Assembly (NCBI GenBank): GCA_002256025.1
Contig: NKIB01000215.1
Coordinates: forward strand, 1-34,466
DNA from: Asterionella formosa
Taxonomy: Eukaryota
Length of the DNA: 34,466 bases
Reading direction: 5' to 3'
The notes below the pieces were generated by a model. The model was not told where the DNA came from, did not search any database, and saw nothing but the letters and a program-made list of their open reading frames with translations. The translations under genes and the position numbers were made by a program. Position 1 is the stretch's first letter; each line of letters opens with the position of its first letter. Positions 1 to 10,483 of the stretch are shown here, in pieces.

Positions 1-280
1 AATGTGGCCGTAATGGCGGTGCACAGACGCTTGTTCCTCTTTTCTTCTGTATCAATACCAGCACCAACAATATTAGTAAAAATACAGGGATCATTTGAAA
101 CGCCCCAATAACGGAGAAGTTTATCAATGAGTCGGTGATTATATTCTTATCAAATATGTTTGAATTTAAAAATGCTAACATAATTCATGACACACCAGCT
201 GGTCTAACAGAATATAGCTAACTTCCAGACTATGGATATTGATGATTTGATTAGGTGGGCGTTCACCACACTTTATCGTT

Positions 281-948
281 TTGCGCAGTCAAAGGATATT
301 GACAGGGGAAGCCAAGGATACCAAGTCTGGCGTGGCTGATGTTCTTGCTCCGGTGTATTTTATAGGCCGGACAAGCTGTGGAGAACCATTTTTAACAGGA
401 GACAAATCTGGTGTGACCAAGCCAAATTTCAACTCAGTTTTCGGGCACTGTGTACCGTTTTGTTGGTTCGCTGATCAATGCCAATACAGAAGCCTTTTGC
501 TTCTTGGTGCTGAAAGGAAAATTCCGATTGCAACAAAAATATTTGGGTTTTAATCCAGATACGCATGAAACTTCAGAGACAACGATATTCGTCATTCTAC
601 TGATTTTGTCGACATTGGTGGGAAACCACTTATCAAAAAAAGTGTGAGGGAAGAAAGTTCAGTTTCAAATGGTCTCACTGATCAATGGACTGATGATTTA
701 CTCGGTTATTATAAGGAAAACTACACTGGACTTTCACAAAAGAATCGATCTGAAGTGGAATTGCTACTCCCACCACAAATATCATCCACTCACACTCATA
801 CTTCTCACTTCCCGATGTAAGTGAAGAGGATATGCATAAATATGTTGAACCACTTCAACCAAATGTTCCTGAGAAGAATATTGATTACAATGAACACATT
901 AATCAATGGGACATTATTGATGACGACGTTGATTTTGAATGGATCTAA
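281..948 (+). pseudogene. Decayed coding-like remnant of unknown, possibly TE or viral, origin
   Basis: The frame of ORF 281-553 continues after two stops as NFRDNDIRHSTDFVDIGGKPLIKKSVREESSVSNGLTDQWTDDLLGYYKENYTG... After a frameshift near 810 it reads LPDVSEEDMHKYVEPLQPNVPEKNIDYNEHINQWDIIDDDVDFEWI* (TAA 946-948). Composition is protein-like but I recognise no family. Confidence 0.3.
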
Positions 949-1563
949 AAGAATCTAATTCATGCTTAGTAGTTACATAATAAATATAGTTAGTGTGAGA
1001 CTTCTACAATGCACAAACCATATCATAGATGTTAGGAAAACATTGACGCTGGCTGCTCTATACTACTAGTAGTGGCGCCTGTACTACTATATCTAGCGGT
1101 ATACCTCCATTTTTACTCCTACTATGGTGGAGTGATAAAATTCACGACTCTGTATTGTCCACCACAGCATGATCGGAGTGATGCTAAATTTATTATTAAT
1201 AATTCTTTTTAATTCTATCCTGTTCAGATCCAGACTTTGTCATCATTTGAAATTTGCAATGTCTTTGCGGACATTGCAATGGTGTTATCTGTGTAACTAC
1301 AAATTTCGGAAGAACAAATCCCCATCTGAGTCTCACAACCGAAATTGTAGCAACCGTGGTGTGTTTTATGCACATGGTCACAGTCGACATTGCATGCAAG
1401 AAGATCGAGTTCCTGGAATACATAATGAAACTATGTATTGCGGTAGTGCATCGAATCATTCAAGGAAAGATGTTAATGGAAGTGTATATTAGATGATAAA
1501 TCGAATTTTTATTATCATATGATCGCCATTATAAGATGCATCACACGAGTTAGATGTTTCAAT

Positions 1564-1792
1564 TTGCAGACTTGGTGTGCAAGAAATAATGGGTTGCCCC
1601 TTACAAGCAGCTTGTACCGCCTTTCTAGGCGGTCGGAGTTTCCCCTCCTAAAGCTGCGGCTAAGACAATCACCTTTCGCGAACGGTGGTTGGGCACTCAC
1701 CTAGCTACGCTAACAAAACTAGGGAAGCACAGGTCTTGTCGGCAGGTAGCACAATGAAATACTTGCCTGGAAAGAGGGGAGTACGAATGGGC
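1564..1792. ncRNA. Candidate structured RNA or hairpin-dense element, family unassigned
   Basis: GC-richer island with many stems: TTGCA/TGCAA 1564-1582; GGG-TTGC-CC(C) 1591-1600; TACAAG/CTTGTA 1602-1616; ACCGCCT/AGGCGGT 1616-1633; GGAG/CTCC 1635-1648; AATCACC/GGTGGTT 1667-1690; CCTAG/CTAGG 1700-1723; AAGAC/GTCTT 1662-1737; GGCAGGTA/TACTTGCC 1741-1767; long-range TTCCCCTC 1640-1647 with GAGGGGAG 1774-1781. Confidence 0.4.
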
Positions 1793-1814
1793 TGTAAACA
1801 TACTAACTTTTGTA

Positions 1815-2878
1815 TTCCAGTGAATTGAGATGTTCAACATGAGCGATGTATTGGTTGAATATTAATGGTGGAGTTATAGGGGAGCGATGTATTGGTTGAA
1901 TATTAATGGTGGAGTTATAGGGGAATCAGTGTTGGGAAGCCAACATTACCAAAAAATGGTGCTTTGTTATGAAATGGTATCATAGTGACCTCATCTGGAG
2001 CATGGTACTTGTTGCATGAATGAAATATTAATGGTACCTTATTCTATACTATCTTTCCACTAATTGAGACGTTCAACATGATGCATTGGTTGATTATTGA
2101 TTGAGTTATAGGGGAATCAGTTTTGGAAAACCAACATTACCAAATGGTTTGGTTTTGTTATGAAATGGTATGGTATGATGACCTTATCATGAAGATGGTA
2201 TTTGCTTGTAGAATCAATGATAGATTATTAATAGTACCATATTCTATACAACGACTGTAAATCCTGGTGTCTTTTACTCCTCAAAAAACCAAGTTCACCA
2301 CCGTTTTCTCCATAGTCTAAAACGTAAATAGCAACATGAAAATATACATTGTTGCAGGGTCAAACGGTTTCTATGATCAATGTAATTATATATTAATAGT
2401 ACCTTATTCTATACTTTCTGCCAGTGAAATGAGTCGCTCAACATCATGCATCGGTTGAATCTTGATGGAGTTATAGAAGAAGCGTTAGTCGGAACCAAGC
2501 ATCACCAAATGGTGTGATTTTGATGTAAAATGGTGCGTAGGGTGACCACGGTCATTTGGAGGATTGTACTTGTTGCATGAATGATATAATAAAAATAAAC
2601 TCTAATATACTATGCGACAATGAATTGATTTGTTTAACATGATGCGTTGGTTGAATATTATTGGGAACCAATCATTACCAAATTGTATGGCTTTGATAAT
2701 AATGGATATGGTGACTTCACATCGATGATGGTACTAGTGGCATGAATGATAATTTGATGCATAGCTAGTACTACCTTATGATTTACTTTTTTCCAGTGAA
2801 ATGGGTCATTCAACATCAAGTATTGATAGTATATTGAAGGAGTTAAAGTAGGAGAATCAGTAGTGGGAACCAATCATA
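1815..2878. repeat. Degenerate tandem satellite, ~200-bp unit, about 5 copies
   Basis: The motif (tt)ccagtgaa(t/a)tgag..gttcaacat.atgc.ttggttgaata...ggagttatagggGAATCAG...ccaacattaccaaatgg...atggtacttgttgcatgaatga...ttaatagtaccttattctata recurs with starts near 1815, 2055, 2419, 2618 and 2791. Unrelated sequence interrupts it at ~2250-2390. Confidence 0.85.
1841..1922. repeat. Exact 41-bp tandem duplication inside the first satellite unit
   Basis: GAGCGATGTATTGGTTGAATATTAATGGTGGAGTTATAGGG at 1841-1881 and 1882-1922. Confidence 0.95.
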
Positions 2879-3092
2879 TATAATAATCCTTTTTATAGCG
2901 AATTATCACTGGTCTATTTTCTAGATGTTACTTCATTGCGCTCCATGGCCCATGTAAGGTGCTGGGGTGGTGGATAGAAGAGGTGGTCACTCCCTTGTAT
3001 GGGAGTATGTAAAATAAAATATGTTTTCGCTGGTGTATAATTACTGAAATGGTCTGATTGGATCTTTTTTGGATGTGTGGAAATCATCAGGA

Positions 3093-3617
3093 CTGAATCT
3101 AAACAAAAGAAATCACCAGCACCCTACTTGACAAAGTTATTGAGTTTAGAAACAGAGAGGATTCAAGGAATGGCATCAATCTTGATCAGATGGCTTGCCA
3201 TCGGAAGGAATCGGCGCTATGGCCAATTGTGAAAAATAAAAGGTACACAGCAGGACATCATGTGGCGGCTAGACGCTTTAAAGCGGGAACAGAAACATGG
3301 ACAATATGACTAGGATGAAAAGAAGAGCAGAGGAGAAGGAGAGTGAGAAAGCGAATAAGAAAGTGATGAACTACACAGCAACATTGAACAAGGTAAAAGC
3401 AATTAGAGCGCTTAACAAACAGCCACAAACATGGACAGTGGCGCAACCAAAAACAATGGTGTCTTGGTACAAATGAATTGGCAATGCACCATTGCCTGCA
3501 ACAAAACAATTAATGATTACCAGGTATGTTGATTCAATGGGATGTGGCGATGCACCAGTCGCACTTTCCAGAGCTATTCTGCCACCAGCAGCCCCAGTCA
3601 TTGTGACAGAAGAGTGA
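3093..3617 (+). mobile_element. Degenerate C-terminal remnant of a probable pogo/Tc1-mariner-type (DDE_1) transposase
   Basis: Read across frameshifts and stops: LNL..STLLDKVIEFRNREDSRNGINLDQMACHRKESALWPIVKNKRYTAGHHVAARRFKAG / ...KRRAEEKESEKANKKVMNYTATLNKVKAIRALNKQPQTWTVAQPKTMVSWYK*IGNAPLPATKQLMITRY. A coiled segment plus a SAP-like 'WTVAQLK..V..YKR.GD.PLP.TK..L..RY' tail resembles C-termini I associate with diatom pogo-like transposases. The family call is inference. Confidence 0.5.
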
Positions 3618-4143
3618 TATATGTGTTTGCCCAATAAATCGACATCAGTTGACACAAGAAATTGGAGAAAATATGGGAAACGAGGTAATATATTCTAACC
3701 GTTTACCATTAAATAATATTAATACATGAAGAAAAATATGTGAATAGCTTAAGACCTACTAAAATGCATTTGTCAAAATGAACGACTTAATATGTTCGAT
3801 ATCATAAGATAGATATACTTCCTATTGGAAAAATGATTTATTTATCTAGTACTTGCATGCATTACCGGTAGTCGACCTCTATTCAAAGGGTTTTAATTGA
3901 GGTCCGCTGAACATTTTTCTAATTTTAGTCCCAAAACGGGGTTACATAGTGGTCTTAATCAGTTTTTGGCTGGTACCCCGTAAATCATTTGGTCTTCGGT
4001 TATTATAGGCGTTATTTATACAAGATCATGGAAGTTACAGAAAGAAAAAAATCCAAAGACAATGGTGTATAAGTGTCATGGCCCGGCCTTTTCAGCACCA
4101 GAACAACGTTTCTCTTCTCCCAGTCACGAACAACAACACATAA

Positions 4144-7100
4144 ATGTCGAAGCGTCAACTTCCGCGTCCCTTTCGTCGATTGAAGCGAAAGCAAGATGTA
4201 ACGTCGCGGATGTTGCCTCCCAGTTCCGATGATGGCACTGTTTGTCATTCGAATGGATTGGTGGAAGGGTCCGTGGAACAAGATGTGGGGTCGCCTCAGG
4301 AAGAAGATTACGTTATTGCAGTGATGGAAAAATACTTAAGACATGCGCTCCTCTTGATATTTTCCTTTGTTGTAGGAACAATGAATGTAGAATGGTCTCA
4401 CGTTGCAATGAGACTGGCCGAATATCTGACAGTGGCTTGGATTACATGCGTTATATTGATCTTCATGACGACCATTAAGGTATCTAGAAAGGGAGAGGAG
4501 ATGAGTGTGGAGAGCAGCACCAGTGATCAACGCATTCCGCTTTTTGTACAACCGCAACGAGAGGTGTTAAGCTCGGACAGGCCGCCGCAGCAAGATACAA
4601 ACGGAAAACACGAGGGCGCTCCTCTGGGGTCAATACCGCACCCCGCCCTCGAACCCTTCCATATCATCAGTCACGAAACGTCACAAAGAATTGTTCCTAA
4701 CCACGGAACGTACAAACTGGAAAATCACATGTGGTCGGGACAAGGTATGATCTTGATTCGGACCCCGGACGTCGATGATCCTAATGCTTTGACTGGGACT
4801 GTCGAAAACAATAAGGCATCGGCGTACTTCAGAGGGAAACAGCGACGGTTTGAGTTTCAATTTCAATTGACTTTGAAAGATGTGCCCAAGGGCAAAGTCT
4901 TTTTTGCTTGTGAATTAGAAGAACCTATTAAGATGGGATTGGTTCAACGAGCGTTCGTGACAGCGGCCATGGCATTTATGAAGAAAATGAACAATACCTT
5001 TCATTACAGTATTACGGGACAAAAACCAGTAGAAAATGGTTTTTACGAGAAGCCACATATGTCCTTTACTGTAGAGGGGTCCATGGACCGGTTGGTCGTG
5101 ACCAAACCGGGAGGGAAACCACCAACCTTGGGAGGTGAGATTTATGAAGATCCTGAAAGTATCAAGAAACGGAAAAAAGGAGGGAGAATCGACTGGAATA
5201 CACAAGACACATATACCTTTTCTTTATGGAGTGCCTATGTCGACTTTTTGGAGTGGAAGTCTTTGAACTTACCAGGCATCAGACCTTTTTTGCTCTCGAG
5301 TGTGATAGGGTCGCAATACATGAATTTGGTCCTATATGCCATTGACGAAACGTACGAAAAGCATTGCCGTGCCAACATGAATTTGATTTCGGGTTTGGAA
5401 ATTTGCAATACGAATCATACTCAAATTGGACCGAGAGCCAAGCTATGTACGGGGCAAGGTTCCACACAATCCAAAATAACAGTAGAAGAACCGTTGGGAA
5501 ATGACGACGACTTCGATGATGAGTTAGATGACGAAGCAACTACAGTTGCGGAGCTTGGGGAAGGCCTTTACCTTCGAAGCGGCGATACTGTTGTCTTACG
5601 AGAATCTACACATGGTGATGATGGCATTGGTGGAGCTTTGACGAGTGGAGGAGGCTTTGCAATTATTCAAAAGAATGCGGTGTCCACAATTGTCATTGAA
5701 AAAGCTCGTCCTTCAAAGATGGAAAACAAACGGCTCAGAACCATCACTCAGGCTAGACAGAAACTGATAAAGACTGGAGACACTGTCCTCGTGAAGCTTG
5801 TGACAGTCAACAAGAACACTAACAAAAATGAAATTAGATACTTATCTATCCACCGAGGTTGGTGGCTCAAGTGGGTAACTGATGAACCGACGAAGAATGG
5901 TTACTTTACGATCCATACTCTGGAAACAGAATTCTATGCAGATGCAAAGTCCTTGATGGAGACATCCGAAACACAAAGCTCCTATTTGACCCTTGGAGGG
6001 TCCTTTTCACTTCGTCACAAGCGGTGGGGAGGATATCAAGTCGGTGTCAATGGTGAGGAATCGCCAACGTACGGTGGTAGAATGCTTGGCATTTTCTCTC
6101 CCACCTCACAGGCCATGCGTAGTGGCACGCAGAGTGACGATGAACCTGATGCCAAACTGGACTCTGAAGATGTTGTTGCCCCTGAGAAAGGGAACTGGCT
6201 CAAACCACTTCGAATTTGCGCTCACGTCCCAAGCCCGGTACTGTCGTCACCGATCGCTTCGAGCACCGATCTGACCACTGCATTTACTTTTGACAATGTA
6301 TGGGATCGAACTGGTTTTACGAAGTTGACTACTGAAAGCTTCCAAGTGGATGTCCCCATTTGGATTGAAATGATGAATCGCTCGGAGCGAAGTCGTCAGC
6401 TGGCGTATGTTGTTAGAGTTTTGGTAGACGACACGCATGAAAGGGATGAGATTACCCAAAAATCTTGCTCTTCTTTCGTACGGCTCCGAACTGGGCATGA
6501 TCTTGCTGGAATCATGCGACTCGGAATTTGTCGGCGAGATGACGATGGTGTTACCAAAAAGGCATGGCTCCGCAAGAAAAGTCCTGTTGGCGACGCCATC
6601 ACTCCGAAAACGTGAGTTTTGGTCATCGTTGCACGTTCAATTTTTATCGTTGTTAACTTACATGTTCCTTTGTTTGCTGTGTAGTAGGTTTGTTGGTGGT
6701 CATAAAACCGATAACGAGGAAACAGATGACGATAATTTTAAAACCGATGACCTAGTACAACTGTTACCACGGCGAATTTTTAGTCATGGCTCCTTTGAAG
6801 GGGAGCGAGAGTCTGATTTTGAGAATCTGGAATGGGAGGGAGATGCTGGAGAACAAACCGATCATGAAAATGACGACCATGACGACGAAGATGACGTGGA
6901 ATTTGAGGAGACTCCTCAGAAACAAAACAAAAGAAGATTGATCATTGGCCAGATCGCGAAATCGGTGAAAAGTGGAACAGTTACAACAGGGATGCAAGTA
7001 ATGAAGCAGTCGAAGAAAGCTGGGAAAGTGTTAGTTGGTCCAATTTCGAGAGCTAGACCGAAGAATCCTCCTGCAACAGAACCCAAATCCAGAAAAGTAA

Positions 7101-8773
7101 AGACATCTGGACGATTAAATCGAAGGAGAGAAAAAGATCATCACATCGTTTTGAGTCGAACCATGAAGAAAATAGGGAACAAAACGAAAGAGTCAAAGGT
7201 TTGGTTGTCCGATCCACCTAGAGTCCTTGCGGGGCAGCTTTCGGCCCCCGATCAGTCTTGTAGAATGGCTTCACATGTACTGTCTAGAATGTCACCGTCG
7301 GCATCTAATCGACATGACCAATTTGCACGCTATCTAGCCGAACAAATTGCAGACAAGTCGGATCTCGACAAAAGTTTTCTTCAAGGAAGTGCGGCACAAC
7401 TTGGTGTTGTTTGCTCGTTGCCCGACAAGGAATTGATTTTTGATTGTCTAGCTGCGCGTTGCCTCTGGGACAGTCACTGGCGTGAGGAATGGGTCGGCAT
7501 TTACAAGGATTATGTTGCCTTCTTTGCTCCGCTTACAAATAGGCCGTCGCTTCAATTGTCTGCCATTGATATAAAAAATGTTCGATTATTGGGCACGAAA
7601 AAAGAGTACAGTCCACTTGCAGGATATCCAATCGCTGTTATTGAAACTGCTTGGCAATGCTACTATGCCGCTTTCCCAAGTAAAGATGAAAGGGACGAAT
7701 TTATCGATAAGCTGAATGGACTTATCATTCCAAACCTTGATCTCGACGATACCAATCGAGCATTTGATGCCTCTATCCGTGAAAAGGACTTATGGAAGGC
7801 CCGTTTCTGGCAAGGATTTAACGATTCTGCTAAATCGACACTTTCTAGAGGGAAGCGAAAGTGGGCGAAGATACCTTCTGGTAACAAGATGCTAGATCGT
7901 TCCATTCTGAATGGACGCCGCTTTGGTTTTGATGTTGATCCCATTTCCTTGATAGGCGACGATTTGGATGCCACAATAACACACATCGACAAGTTCGCAA
8001 ATAATCTCTTGGCTATGGCGCTCTCGATAACTACAACATCGCTGCAAAATAATCCAGGTAAATTCGTGGAGTTTTTGGATATGACAAGTCAGCTACGATC
8101 GCTTCCTCTTCAGCATCTGGACCTGTCAAGACCGGAAGCATTTTGTATATTTGTGAATATTTACCACTGTCTCCTGCAACATTCTCTCGTCGTCACTGTG
8201 AGTGGACCACTCTTCAGAAAGTCTGTTGGTCATTTCATGAGAACAACTTGCTACGAGATCGGTGGGGATGTTTTCTCTCTTGCTGAACTTCAACATTGTG
8301 TCATTCGAGGAAAGATGACGCGACCAACTTTGACGAAATACCCTTACCTTGAAGCCCCACGGAAGTCAAATGCGTATCATTTCTATGCCCTCGACTATAT
8401 GGATCCTCGGGTGAACTTTGTCTTAAACACTGGTGACGTTTCTTGTCCGATTACCATTCCGGTCCTTCAGAAAGCGACGTTGGAGGAGCAACTCAATGCT
8501 GCGACGACGACCTTTATTCAAAAGGAGACAGACGTTGATAAGGCCAAGGGCAGTGTGCTTCTGCCCAAAATCTGTGACGTCTACAAGTATGACTTTGGGA
8601 ATGGTGACACCACATGTGCTCTTCATTTTTGCCTAAAGTATCTGGACGAAGAGGACCAGCGAGCGTTGATGGAATTAAAGGAGAGCCCCATGCTGCATGT
8701 CAAGTTTCAACCGTGTTCCGAACAATATCATCTTTATCTCAAGCCTGTCCAAGCTGTCCCTTTGGAGATTTAG
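4144..8773 (+). CDS. Large multidomain protein (~1,520 aa): N-terminal TM helices, DUF1769 (Duc1-like), central repeat region, PH/GRAM-like domain, C-terminal DUF547
   Basis: Exons 4144-6611 and 6685 (or 6688)-8773. The intron runs GTGAGT(6612)...TAG/TAG in phase 2 and joins ORFs 4144-6615 and 6437-8773 in frame. DUF1769 motifs: YFRGKQRRFEFQFQ, YTFSLWSAYVDFLEWK. DUF547 motifs: FVNIYHCLLQH, YEIGGDVFSLAELQHCVIRG, DPRVNFVLNTG..SCP. Confidence 0.85.
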
Positions 8774-8986
8774 AATTCTTTGCTCAAATCTAGAATTATT
8801 GTTGCATGTGAACATTACCAAAGGAGTACCAGTAAAGTGATTTATACCTTAAGGGTACAGTATAAATATATTTATACCAATATAATAATGGTCTGGGCAC
8901 GAACAAAACTATGTAAAATAGTGTGGCATGACATTCATGATCCTCACGAATATAGCTTGGCCACAAACTGGCAGTGTGACAAAGAA

Positions 8987-9292
8987 TTAATTTTTTGCAT
9001 TCCTGGCCAATATTATGTGTTGCTCCATTCGTTCCAATTCGGCATGTCCTTGTTGAATTAATTCTTCAAGGGTCCCCAATTGGATCGATTGGATAACCTT
9101 TTGTGCATCATGTTTAGCATCCTCCAAAACATCAAGTCGATAACGAGATACTGTAGTGACATTGGTACAATAAGGCGATTGTCCAATAAGACCTTCTTTT
9201 GCTTTGTTCAATAAAGTTTGATTCACATCCTTGAGTGCTTGAAGAAGTGCCTTTGTATTTTTGTCATTATTCTGAGGATGTGATGAAAGGAA
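8987..9292 (-). CDS. Divergent NDUFA5-like exon or gene (5' end unresolved), tandem downstream of NDUFA5
   Basis: Open frame after the acceptor-like GGATAG (minus strand, ending 9293): FLSSHPQNNDKNTKALLQALKDVNQTLLNKAKEGLIGQSPYCTNVTTVSRYRLDVLEDAKHDAQKVIQSIQLGTLEELIQQGHAEL... It aligns by eye with neighbouring NDUFA5 (YR..ME..CRYRIQ...DDPEKVEEICNCGQVEELVEQADDEM). A possible presequence-like exon MVSTLKSPFSVTRAFARPR starts at 9449. Confidence 0.6.
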   Translation of the reverse strand, partial: FLSSHPQNNDKNTKALLQALKDVNQTLLNKAKEGLIGQSPYCTNVTTVSRYRLDVLEDAKHDAQKVIQSIQLGTLEELIQQGHAELERMEQHIILARNAKN

Positions 9293-9540
9293 CTATCCAA
9301 ATGAATAAATATGTATATAACAAAACGTACATGATGAGTCAATGAGTTGCTGAATATAAATATGTATGCAGGGTAGAATAGGTTCGTATACAACGAGGAC
9401 GAGCGAATGCACGAGTAACACTAAATGGCGATTTAAGGGTAGATACCATCCTGAGGACAAAGATTTGCACGGACAACCAAAACCTGCAACTCTCTAGGAT
9501 GTATGGTATAAGTGTGTACATCCATATATCCTTGTTTGTT

Positions 9541-10179
9541 TTAATTCTCCTGCTTGGCATCACCAGCACGTGGCATGACTCCATCCTCACTATCCGCGTA
9601 AATATCGACATTTGGATCTGGATCGATATCCGTTTGCACCCAGTCGGGGATCTGCTCCCAATACCTCTTTTCCAAGTACATGTCCAAGACTAACATTTCA
9701 TCGTCCGCTTGTTCTACCAACTCTTCGACTTGTCCACAGTTGCATATTTCTTCCACCTTTTCTGGGTCGTCTGGGTAGTCCAAACAAGCTTGGATGCGAT
9801 AACGACAAAGTCGCTCCATCGTAGATCGATACATGGCAGTTTCTGGCATGTCAGAGGCTGCCATTTTATCCAAGAGGGCTTGGTACTTTTCCAACATTTT
9901 AGGAATGGCATTGTGGTCCACGGCGAGGCCACACTATTGTACAAGAGGCAATAAAGTTGGATGGAATTCGATCAAAACAAATAAAACACTATGAAATATG
10001 CAGGTATACTAGGACGACACGACGACGAACGCAGCACGTACCAATCCTGTGGAAGTCTTTCCTTTGCCAATTCCAGGGACCCACGCTGCGCCAGAACTGC
10101 TGAAGGATTTGGCAGCAGTGGCGGAGACTTGAGGAATCAACCAACGTCGGGAGGAGTGGAAAGACAAGCGACTGAGCAT
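9541..10179 (-). CDS. NDUFA5: NADH:ubiquinone oxidoreductase subunit A5 (B13), mitochondrial complex I, 176 aa
   Basis: Exons 10179-10042 and 9933-9541, with a 108-nt GTACGT...AATAG phase-0 intron. Spliced product: MLSRLSFHSSRRWLIPQVSATAAKSFSSSGAAWVPGIGKGKTSTGL|CGLAVDHNAIPKMLEKYQALL...MPETAMYRSTME...GQVEELVEQADDEM. This is an Arg/Ser-rich presequence plus the K.TTGL.GL.V and GQ.EE.I.QA..E hallmarks. Confidence 0.93.
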
Positions 10180-10393
10180 GATGTGTGTATGTGTGTGTGG
10201 TGTTACTTATATACATACAACATGGACTCTGCTCACAAAAAATATTAATAAAATAAATATATAATAATCAACAGCAAAGCAAAAGCACAATATACCCCAC
10301 CTGCAAATGTACCAGGAGTACCTACTAGGAATTTGCATAAAATGATAATTTTGCTCGCTTGCTTATCATCATAACTGGTAACCCTTGGTACCT

Positions 10394-10483
10394 GCAAGTT
10401 GCGGTCATTTTGCTTAAACTAACATTTTAATCTGGGATAAAGACAGCTAAATCCTTAGTTTCAGCTAAATTACCTCAGCTTGC
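10394..10483. mobile_element. Truncated or internally deleted copy of the MITE at 31093-31199, in inverted orientation
   Basis: GCAAGTTGCGGTCATTTTGCTTAAACTAACATTTTAATCTGGGATAAAGACAGCTAAATCCTTAGTTTCAGC matches the reverse complement of ~31128-31199 with only a few mismatches and ends ...CTTGC. Confidence 0.75.

Noticed and set aside
1090..1142. Helitron 3' end (hairpin plus CTAG on the minus strand)
   Set aside because: The hairpin is imperfect, the spacing is long, CTAG is not followed by T, and no RepHel remnant is recognisable.
1759..1790. ATACTTGCCTGG...AGGGGAG resembles the U1 snRNA 5' end (ATACTTACCTGG)
   Set aside because: There is a mismatch in the splice-site-pairing core, and no U1-70K loop (GATCACGAAG-like), U1A loop (ATTGCAC) or properly placed Sm site follows.
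1564..1792. Assignment as hammerhead, HDV-like, group I/II intron, SRP, RNase P/MRP or rRNA fragment
   Set aside because: The required conserved cores (CUGANGA/GAAA; HDV P3-L3; group I R/S; group II domain V; SRP helix 8; P4 consensus) could not be assembled by eye. Left unassigned.
3870..4084. Transposon terminus (GACCTC/GAGGTC hairpin; ...CATGGCCC end)
   Set aside because: I found no partner TIR or TSD in the window.
6437..6684. N-terminus of the 778-aa ORF as an independent gene start
   Set aside because: It overlaps the upstream exon and the intron; a canonical splice joins both ORFs in frame.
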